NCBI GenBank assembly: GCA_049472355.1
Contig: JBLIRP010000015.1
Coordinates: forward strand, 1-53,034
Source of the DNA: a bacterium
GTDB taxonomy: Bacteria; SZUA-182; DTGQ01; JAFGSM01
Direction of reading: 5' to 3'
DNA: 53,034 bases
Shown here: positions 40,272-49,234 of the stretch, piece after piece
Position numbering within the stretch: the stretch's first letter is position 1
How the letters are laid out: every line of letters starts with the position of its first letter
Notes under the pieces: model-generated
Databases searched by the model: none
The model's input: the letters and a program-made list of their open reading frames with translations, nothing else
Told to the model about the DNA's origin: nothing
Made by a program: the position numbers and the translations under genes

Positions 40272-41651
40272 CTACGATGCCTGCCGGCAGACTGAAAGGT
40301 CGTGCAGGAAATGGATTATTGTCCGCATGCCGGAGAAAAGGTTTTCGAGGTCGAAATGTTCATCGGGTGCATGCGCATTTTCATCAGGCAACCCGAAACC
40401 GATCAGCACCGGATCGAGGTCGAGGATCTTCTGTAAATGCGCTACCACCGGGATTGACCCTCCCTCCCGCTGGTATACCGGTGTGATTCCGAACCCCTTC
40501 TCCAGGGCGGAAACGGCAGCCTTGATCCACGGGCTTTCGATGGGGGTAATGACCGGTTCACACCCGTCAAACGACCGCACCTTGACCTGCAATGTCTTCG
40601 GGGCGATGGTGCGACAATGGGCAGAGAAAAGCTCGGCAATCCTTTCCGGCCGCTGTGCGGGCACGAGTCGCATGGAGATCTTTGCGAAGGCCTTGGAAGG
40701 GAGCACCGTCTTCGCCCCCTCGCCGGTATACCCACCCCAGATGCCGTTGCATTCGAGGGTTGGCCGCGCCCACAGACGTTCGAGCGTGGAGAAACCTGCT
40801 TCTCCCCAAAGCGTGCCCACACCCAGTGATCGGGAGAATTCCTCATCGCTGTGAGGAAGCGCCTCAAATGCCCGGCGCTCCGCCTGAGTCAGCGGGAGAA
40901 CATCATCGTAGAAACCGGGGATGGCAACCCTGCCCTTTTCGTCATGGAGACCTGCAATCAGCTCACACAACCCCTGGATTGGATTGTGTACGGCACCGCC
41001 GAAGGCACCTGAGTGCAGATCCCGGCTCGGTCCGGTTACCTCTATCTCCGTGAAGGCAAGCCCCCGTAATCCATAACATACCGATGGTATGCCCTTCTTG
41101 AACATGGAGGTGTCGGAGATGACCGCGCAATCGGCCGCCAACAGATCCCGGTGTGCCTGGAGGAAGGGGACGAGATTGCCGCTTCCGATTTCCTCTTCCC
41201 CCTCGATCATCATCTTGACATTCACCGGAAGGACGCCCCCCGCCTTCATCCACGATTCGATGCTCTTCAGGTGGATGAACACCTGCCCCTTATCATCCGC
41301 TGATCCCCGTGCATAGAGATTGCCATCCCTGACGGTTGCTTCAAAGGGGGGAGACGACCAGAGTTCCAACGGATCCACCGGCTGTACATCATAGTGCCCA
41401 TAGACAAGGATGGTAGGCCCGTCAGGCGCACCCATCCACTCGCCATAGACGATGGGGTGCCCGCCGGTTTCAAATATCCGGATCGAGTTCAGGCCGACTG
41501 CACCCATATGTTCGGCAACCCATTGCGCACAGGCGCGGATATCGTCCAGGTGATCACCCTGGGAACTGATGCTGGGGATGCTGAGAAATTCCTTGAGCTG
41601 ATCCAGGAAAAGGTCCTTATGTGACTCGATATAGGAAAAAATTTTATCCAT
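40272..41651 (-). CDS. M20 family dipeptidase
   Basis: YGHYDVQPVDP, ARGSADDKGQ, EGEEEIGS, DLHSG, GGSIP and HAPDE motifs. Confidence 0.92.
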   Translation of the reverse strand: MDKIFSYIESHKDLFLDQLKEFLSIPSISSQGDHLDDIRACAQWVAEHMGAVGLNSIRIFETGGHPIVYGEWMGAPDGPTILVYGHYDVQPVDPLELWSSPPFEATVRDGNLYARGSADDKGQVFIHLKSIESWMKAGGVLPVNVKMMIEGEEEIGSGNLVPFLQAHRDLLAADCAVISDTSMFKKGIPSVCYGLRGLAFTEIEVTGPSRDLHSGAFGGAVHNPIQGLCELIAGLHDEKGRVAIPGFYDDVLPLTQAERRAFEALPHSDEEFSRSLGVGTLWGEAGFSTLERLWARPTLECNGIWGGYTGEGAKTVLPSKAFAKISMRLVPAQRPERIAELFSAHCRTIAPKTLQVKVRSFDGCEPVITPIESPWIKAAVSALEKGFGITPVYQREGGSIPVVAHLQKILDLDPVLIGFGLPDENAHAPDEHFDLENLFSGMRTIIHFLHDLSVCRQAS

Positions 41652-41810
41652 TCGACGTCCCTTCAGTCAGGTAATCATGCCTTCTAATCCAACCGGACTG
41701 GTGAGGGTTTACTTTCATACATACATCATTTCACTTAAAAATCCCCTTTGGGGCATTTTCATGCCTCTTTGTGAGCCGAAGTCTCATCTGCGTTTCACTT
41801 CTACATTCTG

Positions 41811-41858
41811 CATTCGACATTCTACATTCGATATTCGATATTCGATGTTCGACATTCG
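41811..41858. repeat. 7-bp tandem repeat
   Basis: CATTCGA CATTCTA CATTCGA TATTCGA TATTCGA TGTTCGA CATTCG. Confidence 0.8.
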
Positions 41859-41929
41859 CAGTTTCATCCGGCTCATGTGCGTTTCACCTTATGTATCATA
41901 TAACTGATCGATAGAGTGACAGTCCCTCC

Positions 41930-42111
41930 CGGCAAGCTTGGTTTGCCGGGCCTTTGAGTAGCTGCAAAGCGCAGCACAGCAGCTCCGCTTCGCTCCGCCC
42001 GGCAAGCGTTAACAGCATTATCGCAGCCTTTTCTCCGGTTGGGAAAAGCAGCATAGCAACTCCGCTTCGCTCCGCCGGGCAAGGTTGGTGAGTGCTTCGC
42101 TCCGCTTCGCC
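41930..42111 (-). repeat. Cluster of GCGGAGCGAAGCGGAGC repeat copies
   Basis: Copies at about 41975-42007, 42051-42088 and 42091-42111, plus a partial CCAAGCTTGCC. Confidence 0.75.
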
Positions 42112-42113
42112 CA

Positions 42114-43964
42114 TCAGGCTTGGTTCCTGATCTCCTTGACCACCCGGAAGCCAATATAGTTGGTCCGCTCATTCGCGTCGGCACCCAGCCTGAAATCGCA
42201 CCTCAAAAAATGCCCCAGGTCGAAGAACGAACCTCCGCGAATAACACGGAAATTCTCCTTCCGGTTATACCAGTCGTCGCACCATTCCCATGTATTTCCC
42301 GCCATATTATAGAGCCCCTCGGGCGTCATCCCCAAGGGAAAGGAAACAACAGCGGTGGTTTTCATGATCTTGGTATCGATAAAATTGACCCGTTCAATCG
42401 TGGGGCCCTCATTTCCCCAGGGATATGCCCGCTTTCCGCCCCCGCGCGCGGCGAACTCCCATTCCGCCTCCGTGGGCAAGCGGTAGGTATCGCCGGTCTT
42501 GTCAGTGAGCCACCGGCAGTACCCTTGCGCATCCTCCCAGGTGACGTTCACCACCGGTTGATCATCCTTGTCGGAGTATTCATTGCGCAAGACACGATGT
42601 GCAGGATCGAACTCTTCATATTCACGGTTGGTGACCGGATAAATGCACATGTCAAAGGGGTGCATCGGGATGGCCTGCCCGGATTCGTCCCTGTCGATGA
42701 TCCCCTCCCCGAAGGACACGAAAAACAAGGGATACCGCCACGGTCTCCGCTCCAGCGCATCCACAATGAAGGCCTTTGTGTCACCGGTCCATGCATTCAT
42801 GGGAACCTTTGCAGCCTCGGAATTGTTGGCGGCGATCTGGCGGGCAAACAAAAAATCCAAGAAGAAACGATAGGCAAAGCGGTAATCCCCTTGCACATCA
42901 CGCTGGATCAGAGAACGATCGGATAACCGCCAGGTGGCAGGGTCAATCCCGAACCGCTTGGCAAGGGGTTCGACCTCATTCGAAGGTATTCGCCCGTGAA
43001 TCCTCGCGGCAGGGTCGGTAAAGACCTTCACCGCCAATGCACCTGCAAACGAACGCAGGTTGCCCTTCTGGCCCAGGGATTTCTGTTCCTCTTCCATCCA
43101 GGTATTCAGGATTGACGCATAGATCTGGGAGGGCCTTTTGAGATTCACCCCGGGATCGGTCAACGAACGGATATTCGAGAGCGCCAGAGGGCAGGCCATG
43201 GCACGGGGGAATCGACGCACGATGGATTCCGCCCTTCTGCGCCGGCCTTTTTGCCAGAAGGGAAGACGTGTCCTCAAAAGCAACCGGATCTGTTGATCTG
43301 AAAGGGGCGAAAGGTAGAGCGGGGAAAAGGTGGACATCGTATCCGCAGCGATTTTCTCAATCCTTTTGAAATGGTGCATGTCGCAGGTCAAAACAACGCC
43401 ACGAAACCGCTTCGTTGCCTCCGTGATCGCAAAGAGCCTCCGGACGGGCTCCTGCATCATCTCCGCATCTTCATCGAGCCCGTCCAGCAAAAGGAGCGTC
43501 TTCTCAGGAGAGGGGATGCGTTTCAGGCGGTCAGGGAAGCCCGCAATTCCCAGGGAAATCAATGAAACCGGGAGCGCCCCCTTCGAGCCGGCCATGCAGT
43601 GGAGGCAATAATGTATCAGAAACGAGGTCTTGCCCATACCGGCGCCCGCAACCAGCATGATATGGCGATGATTCGCCTCCCTGGTGAATATCCGATCCAG
43701 GGTATCCTTGAGACTGCCCCGGACAACCGCCCGGTGATCGCCTGCAGCGGGATCGATGTTCTGACATTCCGGCCATAGGTATTTCCCCGTGGCATGACGG
43801 ATCTCCGAGGGGGTAAAATCGCCGGACACCGTTCGCAACCGGCGGGGGGCTCGAAATCGAAGGAACACCGCGGCATTCCGCCGGCGTGCAAAAAACAGGA
43901 AAAGGGCTATCAAGCCCGCACAGACAACGACCCCTATAATCAGCCTGCTCAATGGCACCATCAA
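42114..43964 (-). CDS. TM + NACHT-like NTPase + FGE-sulfatase (SUMF1) domain protein
   Basis: N-terminal TM; Walker A AGAGMGKT; Walker B LLLDGLDE; PVTNREY, PVVNVTWEDA, RLPTEAEWEFAARG, MAGNTWEWC, RGGS and GFRVV motifs. Confidence 0.85.
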   Translation of the reverse strand: MMVPLSRLIIGVVVCAGLIALFLFFARRRNAAVFLRFRAPRRLRTVSGDFTPSEIRHATGKYLWPECQNIDPAAGDHRAVVRGSLKDTLDRIFTREANHRHIMLVAGAGMGKTSFLIHYCLHCMAGSKGALPVSLISLGIAGFPDRLKRIPSPEKTLLLLDGLDEDAEMMQEPVRRLFAITEATKRFRGVVLTCDMHHFKRIEKIAADTMSTFSPLYLSPLSDQQIRLLLRTRLPFWQKGRRRRAESIVRRFPRAMACPLALSNIRSLTDPGVNLKRPSQIYASILNTWMEEEQKSLGQKGNLRSFAGALAVKVFTDPAARIHGRIPSNEVEPLAKRFGIDPATWRLSDRSLIQRDVQGDYRFAYRFFLDFLFARQIAANNSEAAKVPMNAWTGDTKAFIVDALERRPWRYPLFFVSFGEGIIDRDESGQAIPMHPFDMCIYPVTNREYEEFDPAHRVLRNEYSDKDDQPVVNVTWEDAQGYCRWLTDKTGDTYRLPTEAEWEFAARGGGKRAYPWGNEGPTIERVNFIDTKIMKTTAVVSFPLGMTPEGLYNMAGNTWEWCDDWYNRKENFRVIRGGSFFDLGHFLRCDFRLGADANERTNYIGFRVVKEIRNQA

Positions 43965-44033
43965 ACAACCTCCACCTTCATGTGCACATGGTGGTCAGGG
44001 CCACAGCAGCGACAAACACCTCTCCGCCCTTTT

Positions 44034-44684
44034 TCAATAGCGCTCTTCGAGATAACGATAGATATCCTCCATGATTCTTGCCGAAAGCTCACCCATGGCG
44101 CTGCTCATCGATTCGGCAACAGATCCCGGATGCTTTGTGTTACACAGCCTCGACGTACTGTAGGTTCGTTGAAAACGGTTCCCCTCCCCCTCCCTTTCCT
44201 CCAGGGCAATATTCAGAAATATCACCGCGCGCCAGCTTTTTTCCGTGTCCCATACAAAAAACTCGTCCACCGAACCCAGGAGGTGGTGGGAATAGAAGGT
44301 CCCCTCCCCAGGGGGGAGGACGGACCCGAACAGGCCGGACCTCTTCAGGTCTCTGGACAAAAGACGGGTTACCATATCCGCCGGACTCTCCTGCCATTGA
44401 ACGGAGGAAAAGGGGTGCTCCTTGAGCGAGCGATCCCGCCTGATGATGGAACCAGTATGGTACGGGGAGGCAACCGCGAAACGTGCAACCTTGATGGCAA
44501 CCGGAAGGGATTCATACCTGCCCGGTGTGCGAGGGGGGTCGTAGGCAAGGGCGTACCGATCGGAAGCCCGGGGCTTCCGCACCGCACTGCTGCATCCTGC
44601 CGCAAGAAACGAGAGGCCCAGGGCCATGCCGACGACTATGCAGGCATCTTTTACAAAGGGCCTCGGTTCCCTTCTCATCAGCAT
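44034..44684 (-). CDS. ABC transport auxiliary lipoprotein (PqiC-like)
   Basis: Lipobox LAAG|C; W..SPADMV...L.RDL..SGLF..V and L.G.VDEF motifs. Confidence 0.72.
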   Translation of the reverse strand: MLMRREPRPFVKDACIVVGMALGLSFLAAGCSSAVRKPRASDRYALAYDPPRTPGRYESLPVAIKVARFAVASPYHTGSIIRRDRSLKEHPFSSVQWQESPADMVTRLLSRDLKRSGLFGSVLPPGEGTFYSHHLLGSVDEFFVWDTEKSWRAVIFLNIALEEREGEGNRFQRTYSTSRLCNTKHPGSVAESMSSAMGELSARIMEDIYRYLEERY

Positions 44685-44900
44685 CGATCCCCCCCTGATT
44701 CGAAGCACGAACACGGACCATCCTCACGGGAGACTCCACCCGGGGGCATTTCCCGGAATCCGCCGGACAGGCATGCCGAGCAGTGATGGTTCACCGCCCT
44801 TTCCCCAGACCGACTCCGTGCGGGAATCCCTGTGCTGTCATTCGCTATGATTTTTCAGGACCATTCTCGATGTCGAGTATAGATAAATGCACCCTGGAAG

Positions 44901-46673
44901 TCAATCCGCGATGCTCTTCCATCCCCGGCGGTGCAGATCCCAATAGATGAGGGCGCCGGCAGCGCATCCGGTCAGGAGGAAGGCCATTCCGGGGGCGAAT
45001 TCCTGCAGAAGCACCTTGCCGATCCCGAAGAGCACGGCATAGATGAGGATGCATCCCGCGATCCAGTCGAGGAAGGAAAAGCAGAGATCATCGGTTACGG
45101 GCACGGAGTCGCCCAGCCGCTTCCTGATCGGCCACCACCCCGGGCCTGCAGGCCGCGCCCTCCGGTAGAATCCCTCGAGCACCCGTTGATCCTCAGGCGC
45201 GGTGAGAAAGGTGACGATCACCCAGGCCACTGTTGTCAGCACCACGGTGATGATAAGGGTATAGGCGAAGGCGGTATGCTCGGGGAACACGATGATCCCC
45301 CGTGTCTGGAGCAGCTTTATGCCCAGGGAAACCACCAGGGCGACGATCATGGAGGATATCTCCGACCAGGCATTGATGCGCCACCAGAACCAGCGCAGGA
45401 TGAGCACGAGCCCGGTTCCCGCGCCGATGCTCAGGAGAAGTTCCCATCCCCCGGTGATCCGCTGCATGATGAGTCCGATGATGCCCCCGACGACCATGAG
45501 AAGAACGGTGACGATCCGCGAGACGGTGACGTAATGGCCTGCAGGCGCATCCTTGACGAGAAAACGCCGGTAAAAATCGTTGACCACGTACGAGCACCCC
45601 CAGTTGAGCTGGGTGGAGATGGTGGACATGAACGCGGCAGCCATGGCGGCAAACATCAACCCGAGGATCCCCGGAGGCAGGTAGTGGGTCATCATCAGCA
45701 CATACCCCTCCCCGGGATTTTTCAGCCCGGGGAACACCACCCATGCCACTATGGCGGTGAGTATCCACGGCCACGGTCTGAGGCCATAGTGGGCGATATT
45801 GAACCAGAGGGTGGCCAAAAGCGAGTGTTTCTCATCCCGCGCGCTGAACATGCGCTGGGCGATGTATCCGCCTCCCCCCGGCTCCGCACCGGGATACCAT
45901 GACGCCCACCATTGGACCCCGATATAGGCGAAGAAGAGGATCACCGGCATCCACGCGGACCCTACCTGCGGAGCAAAGGAGACGAAGGAATCGGCAGCCT
46001 TCTGTGACCCGGCCTGTGCGAGCAGGCGCACCTTGAGCGCACCCATGCCGCCGATCCCCCTGACGGCGAAGACGGCAAGGAGGATGGACCCGGTCATGGC
46101 GAGACCGAACTGAAAGAAATCGGTGATTACCACCCCCCAGAGCCCGGAAAGACTGGAGTAGACCACGGTGATGACAAGGCATACCGTTATGGCGATCCAG
46201 CGGTCGATGCCCAGGGCAACCTCCACGATGGTGCCCATGGCGGAGATCACCCATCCCATGATAACCGCATTGACAATGATTCCCAGGTAAAGGGCCCGGA
46301 ACCCCCTGAGGAATGCAGCGGGCCTGCCCCCATACCTGAGCTCGGCAAACTCGACATCGGTGAGCACCCCCACCCGCCGCCACAGCCTTGCGAAGAAAAA
46401 GACGGTGAGCATGCCCGACAGCACGAAGTTCCACCAGAGCCAGTTGCCCGCTACGCCGTACTTGTACACCAGTTCCGTCACCGCAAGAGGGGTGTCCGCG
46501 GCGAAGGTGGTCGCCACCATAGAGGTCCCGGCAAGCCACCAGGGAAGCTTACGGCCGGCAACGAGATATTCGTCGACATCCCTCCCCGCCCGCTTGGAAA
46601 AATAGACCCCGATGCCCAGGGCAAAGGCGAAGTAGAGGGCGACGATGACCCAATCAATCCCGGAGATGGTCAC
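44901..46673 (-). CDS. Sodium:solute symporter family protein
   Basis: YLVAGRKLPWWLAGTSMVATTFAADTPL, GAEPGGGGYIAQRMFSA and AAFMSTISTQLNWG motifs. Confidence 0.93.
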   Translation of the reverse strand: MTISGIDWVIVALYFAFALGIGVYFSKRAGRDVDEYLVAGRKLPWWLAGTSMVATTFAADTPLAVTELVYKYGVAGNWLWWNFVLSGMLTVFFFARLWRRVGVLTDVEFAELRYGGRPAAFLRGFRALYLGIIVNAVIMGWVISAMGTIVEVALGIDRWIAITVCLVITVVYSSLSGLWGVVITDFFQFGLAMTGSILLAVFAVRGIGGMGALKVRLLAQAGSQKAADSFVSFAPQVGSAWMPVILFFAYIGVQWWASWYPGAEPGGGGYIAQRMFSARDEKHSLLATLWFNIAHYGLRPWPWILTAIVAWVVFPGLKNPGEGYVLMMTHYLPPGILGLMFAAMAAAFMSTISTQLNWGCSYVVNDFYRRFLVKDAPAGHYVTVSRIVTVLLMVVGGIIGLIMQRITGGWELLLSIGAGTGLVLILRWFWWRINAWSEISSMIVALVVSLGIKLLQTRGIIVFPEHTAFAYTLIITVVLTTVAWVIVTFLTAPEDQRVLEGFYRRARPAGPGWWPIRKRLGDSVPVTDDLCFSFLDWIAGCILIYAVLFGIGKVLLQEFAPGMAFLLTGCAAGALIYWDLHRRGWKSIAD

Positions 46674-47818
46674 TGGATATCCTCCCCCATGGCATGCCCC
46701 AGTGCAAAATAGATCTCCGCTGCCTCCGCGACCTGCCGGAAGGAGATGGATTCATCCGGGGTGTGTGAATGGATGAGATCACCGGGTCCCAGCAGCACCG
46801 GACGCACCCCCGAGGCCCACAGCCGGTTGGCGTCCGAATGGCTGCGAAACGGACCCGGCTCCCATGGAAGGGAGCGCTGCACATAGATCCCCTTGAGCGC
46901 CTCCACCAACGGCCCCTTTTCAGGAAGCTCGTATCCCGCATCAATGGTAAGGAAGCGGAGATTGCCGTCGAAGTGGGGATTATTCGCACGCGCCTGCTCG
47001 AAGAGCTCCTCGATTTCCGCAACGATTTCCCCGATAGGCGATTCGGGGGGCATGTGCACATCAAGCCAGGCCTCGCAATGGTCAGGGACGATGAAACCCG
47101 CCCTGGTGGTGAAGAGGTCCCTGATGTTATACACCAGTTGGGAACGATTGGTTTCGATGTAGTGGGTGAACTGGACGATCATCCTCAGCATCGCCTCGAT
47201 CGGGTTCTGGCACTGGTTTGCCAAGGATGCATGGATGCGCTTTCCCTTGGCAACGAGCTGGATCTCCAGATAGCCGTAATGGCTCAGACAGGGTTTGAGC
47301 CCGGTGGGCTCACCGATGATCGCCCAGTTGAATTGACAGGTGTTTGCCAGGATTCGAGCGCCGTCACCCTCCTCCTCCTCACCCACCACCAGGGCAAGGG
47401 CAATGGGCGGGGGGGATGGAGTGCGTTTCCACAGGGCGATGAATGCCTCGATCATGGCCGCACACCCCCCCTTCATGTCCGCGGCGCCAAGGCCCGCGAT
47501 CAGGTCTCCCTCTTCGGTATACCCGAATTGATCGAGATCGTAGGCGATCACCGTATCCAGATGGCCGACGAAGCTGACCTGCACCTCCCCTTCGGGCATG
47601 ACCACCAGGTTGTATCGCGCCTCGTCCACCTTTTGCCGTTGAACCGGAAGACCGTGGCGTTTGAGATATCCATGGAGGTAATCGAGGATCTCCTCCTCCT
47701 TGCCGGAAGGGCTATAGATGTCTATCATTCTCTCCAGGAGCCTCTTGAGACGATCATGCCGTATGGGTCTCGAATCGAACACTATTGTTTTCGAATCACC
47801 TGGCCTACTGGTGGCCAT
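46670..47818 (-). CDS. M20 metallo-hydrolase (ArgE/LysK deacetylase-like)
   Basis: IYSPSGKE, GHLDTV, GAADMKGG, GEEE, GEPT and GPGDL..SHTPDE motifs. Confidence 0.88.
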   Translation of the reverse strand: MATSRPGDSKTIVFDSRPIRHDRLKRLLERMIDIYSPSGKEEEILDYLHGYLKRHGLPVQRQKVDEARYNLVVMPEGEVQVSFVGHLDTVIAYDLDQFGYTEEGDLIAGLGAADMKGGCAAMIEAFIALWKRTPSPPPIALALVVGEEEEGDGARILANTCQFNWAIIGEPTGLKPCLSHYGYLEIQLVAKGKRIHASLANQCQNPIEAMLRMIVQFTHYIETNRSQLVYNIRDLFTTRAGFIVPDHCEAWLDVHMPPESPIGEIVAEIEELFEQARANNPHFDGNLRFLTIDAGYELPEKGPLVEALKGIYVQRSLPWEPGPFRSHSDANRLWASGVRPVLLGPGDLIHSHTPDESISFRQVAEAAEIYFALGHAMGEDIQ

Positions 47819-48341
47819 TGGAGTGCTTCTGTTTGAATGCCCTGAGCTGCTCGTCCAGATTGAGACTCAAGTACACGTGCTCCTCTGATTTTCCGAAGCC
47901 CATCTTGCGGAAGAATTTCAAGGCGGGTTTGTTGTCCGCCTCGGAATCGACCAGAAGGATTCGCACGCCCTCCTCCAGCATAAGCTCCCGGAACTGGGTG
48001 AAAAGCCTCTCCGCAATGCCGAATTTCTGGAACTCCTCTGCAACGCCCAGCCACACAAGATGTCCGTACTTCCAGGCCGAACGCGTTTTTGTAATGGTGG
48101 TTCCCAGGGCAAACCCGATAATCCTTCCGTCCGAATCCGCAACAAGGCAGAGCTCGGTGTCATGGTTGAACAGGTTGGTTACCTCGTACTCATCCCATGT
48201 CCGGTACAGGTTGGGTGATTCCTCCGAGGTAAAAAGCCTCTCACCCAGATGGAAGACCGCGGGGATATCGTCGATCTCCATCTGGCGGATCTCCACATTG
48301 ATCCTTTTTCTGCCCTTGGTGATGGTGTCTTGCTCTGCCAT
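47805..48341 (-). CDS. GNAT family N-acetyltransferase
   Basis: EIRQMEIDDI, WLGVAEEFQKFGIA and N.PALKFFRKMGF motifs. Confidence 0.9.
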   Translation of the reverse strand: MAEQDTITKGRKRINVEIRQMEIDDIPAVFHLGERLFTSEESPNLYRTWDEYEVTNLFNHDTELCLVADSDGRIIGFALGTTITKTRSAWKYGHLVWLGVAEEFQKFGIAERLFTQFRELMLEEGVRILLVDSEADNKPALKFFRKMGFGKSEEHVYLSLNLDEQLRAFKQKHSNGHQ

Positions 48342-48544
48342 GGATGTATAAAGGGCTTTGCAAGGCCCTTATTGCCGTATCCCTCCTTTACGCTCTACGT
48401 TATTCATCGACATTATAAAACAATTCCTTGCCAAGGGCGAGCACAGTGGGTATCGGCACAATTCCCATGTTGAATCCTCAGGCCGTGAGCGTGAGCAGAC
48501 ATATTTACTCCACTGGACGGGCAGGCTTTCTTAATTTTCTAAGC

Positions 48545-48799
48545 TCGCTTCGCTACATTGCACAAACTCGCTTCGCTCGGACATGTGCAATGTTATACGC
48601 TGCAACCAAGCTTGCCAGGCGGAGCGAAGCGGAGCACTATGCTCTTCTCTGAGTTACCTATAAGGCCCGCTTCACGAACCCCCAGCCTCCCTCTATCGCC
48701 CCGTAAACATGTCTGCCCACTGTAACGCATGCCAAAACGAGCGTTGCTGCCATGATGCGCCAACCAAGCTTGCCAGGCGGAGCGTAGCGAAGCACTATG
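48545..48799 (+). repeat. Repeat cluster with two CAACCAAGCTTGCCAGGCGGAGCG copies and a palindromic element
   Basis: Near-identical copies at 48603 and 48761; ACATTGCACA/TGTGCAATGT 10-bp inverted repeat (48555-48593) enclosing CTCGCTTCGCTC. Confidence 0.75.
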
Positions 48800-49029
48800 T
48801 TGTGCCTGCTGCTACAGAAAAATTTACAAAATCCCTCTCTATATCGCTTCGTAAAGATGTCTATTCACGATAAAACGTCAAAATCGAAATTGGTACCGTG
48901 ATGCGCCGCACCAACAAGGTCCTATGTGGTGACCCACATAATGCCGTGATGCGGCGGTTACAGTGACCGAAGCCTCGAATCCGGAGCCCACAAAAAAGTA
49001 TATCCAATCGTCATTCGATCTGTCAATGC

Positions 49030-49076
49030 GATATACCAATTGGATATACCAATGCTGATATACCAATGGTGATATA
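49030..49076. repeat. GATATACCAAT direct repeats (possible operator array)
   Basis: Units at 49030, 49043, 49057 and partial 49071; includes the near-palindrome ATTGGATATACCAAT. Confidence 0.6.
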
Positions 49077-49234
49077 TAAAAGCTCACCAGGGCTGATAGA
49101 AAATGGGGAATATGCGGTGGCCGGCACCTGTTTGATCACACCGGCTGAACTTGCTATAGTATGTTTCAGAACAAGCCTTGGCATAGTAGCTTCGCTTCGC
49201 TTCGCTCTAACGAAGTTTGGTTGGGGGACAGGGA

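Noticed and set aside
42114..42260. DGR variable region at the FGE-domain C-terminus
   Set aside because: No template repeat or reverse transcriptase was found in the window; a remote DGR cannot be excluded.
48970..48992. tRNA-like TCGAATCC
   Set aside because: No cloverleaf and no GGTTCGA T-arm.
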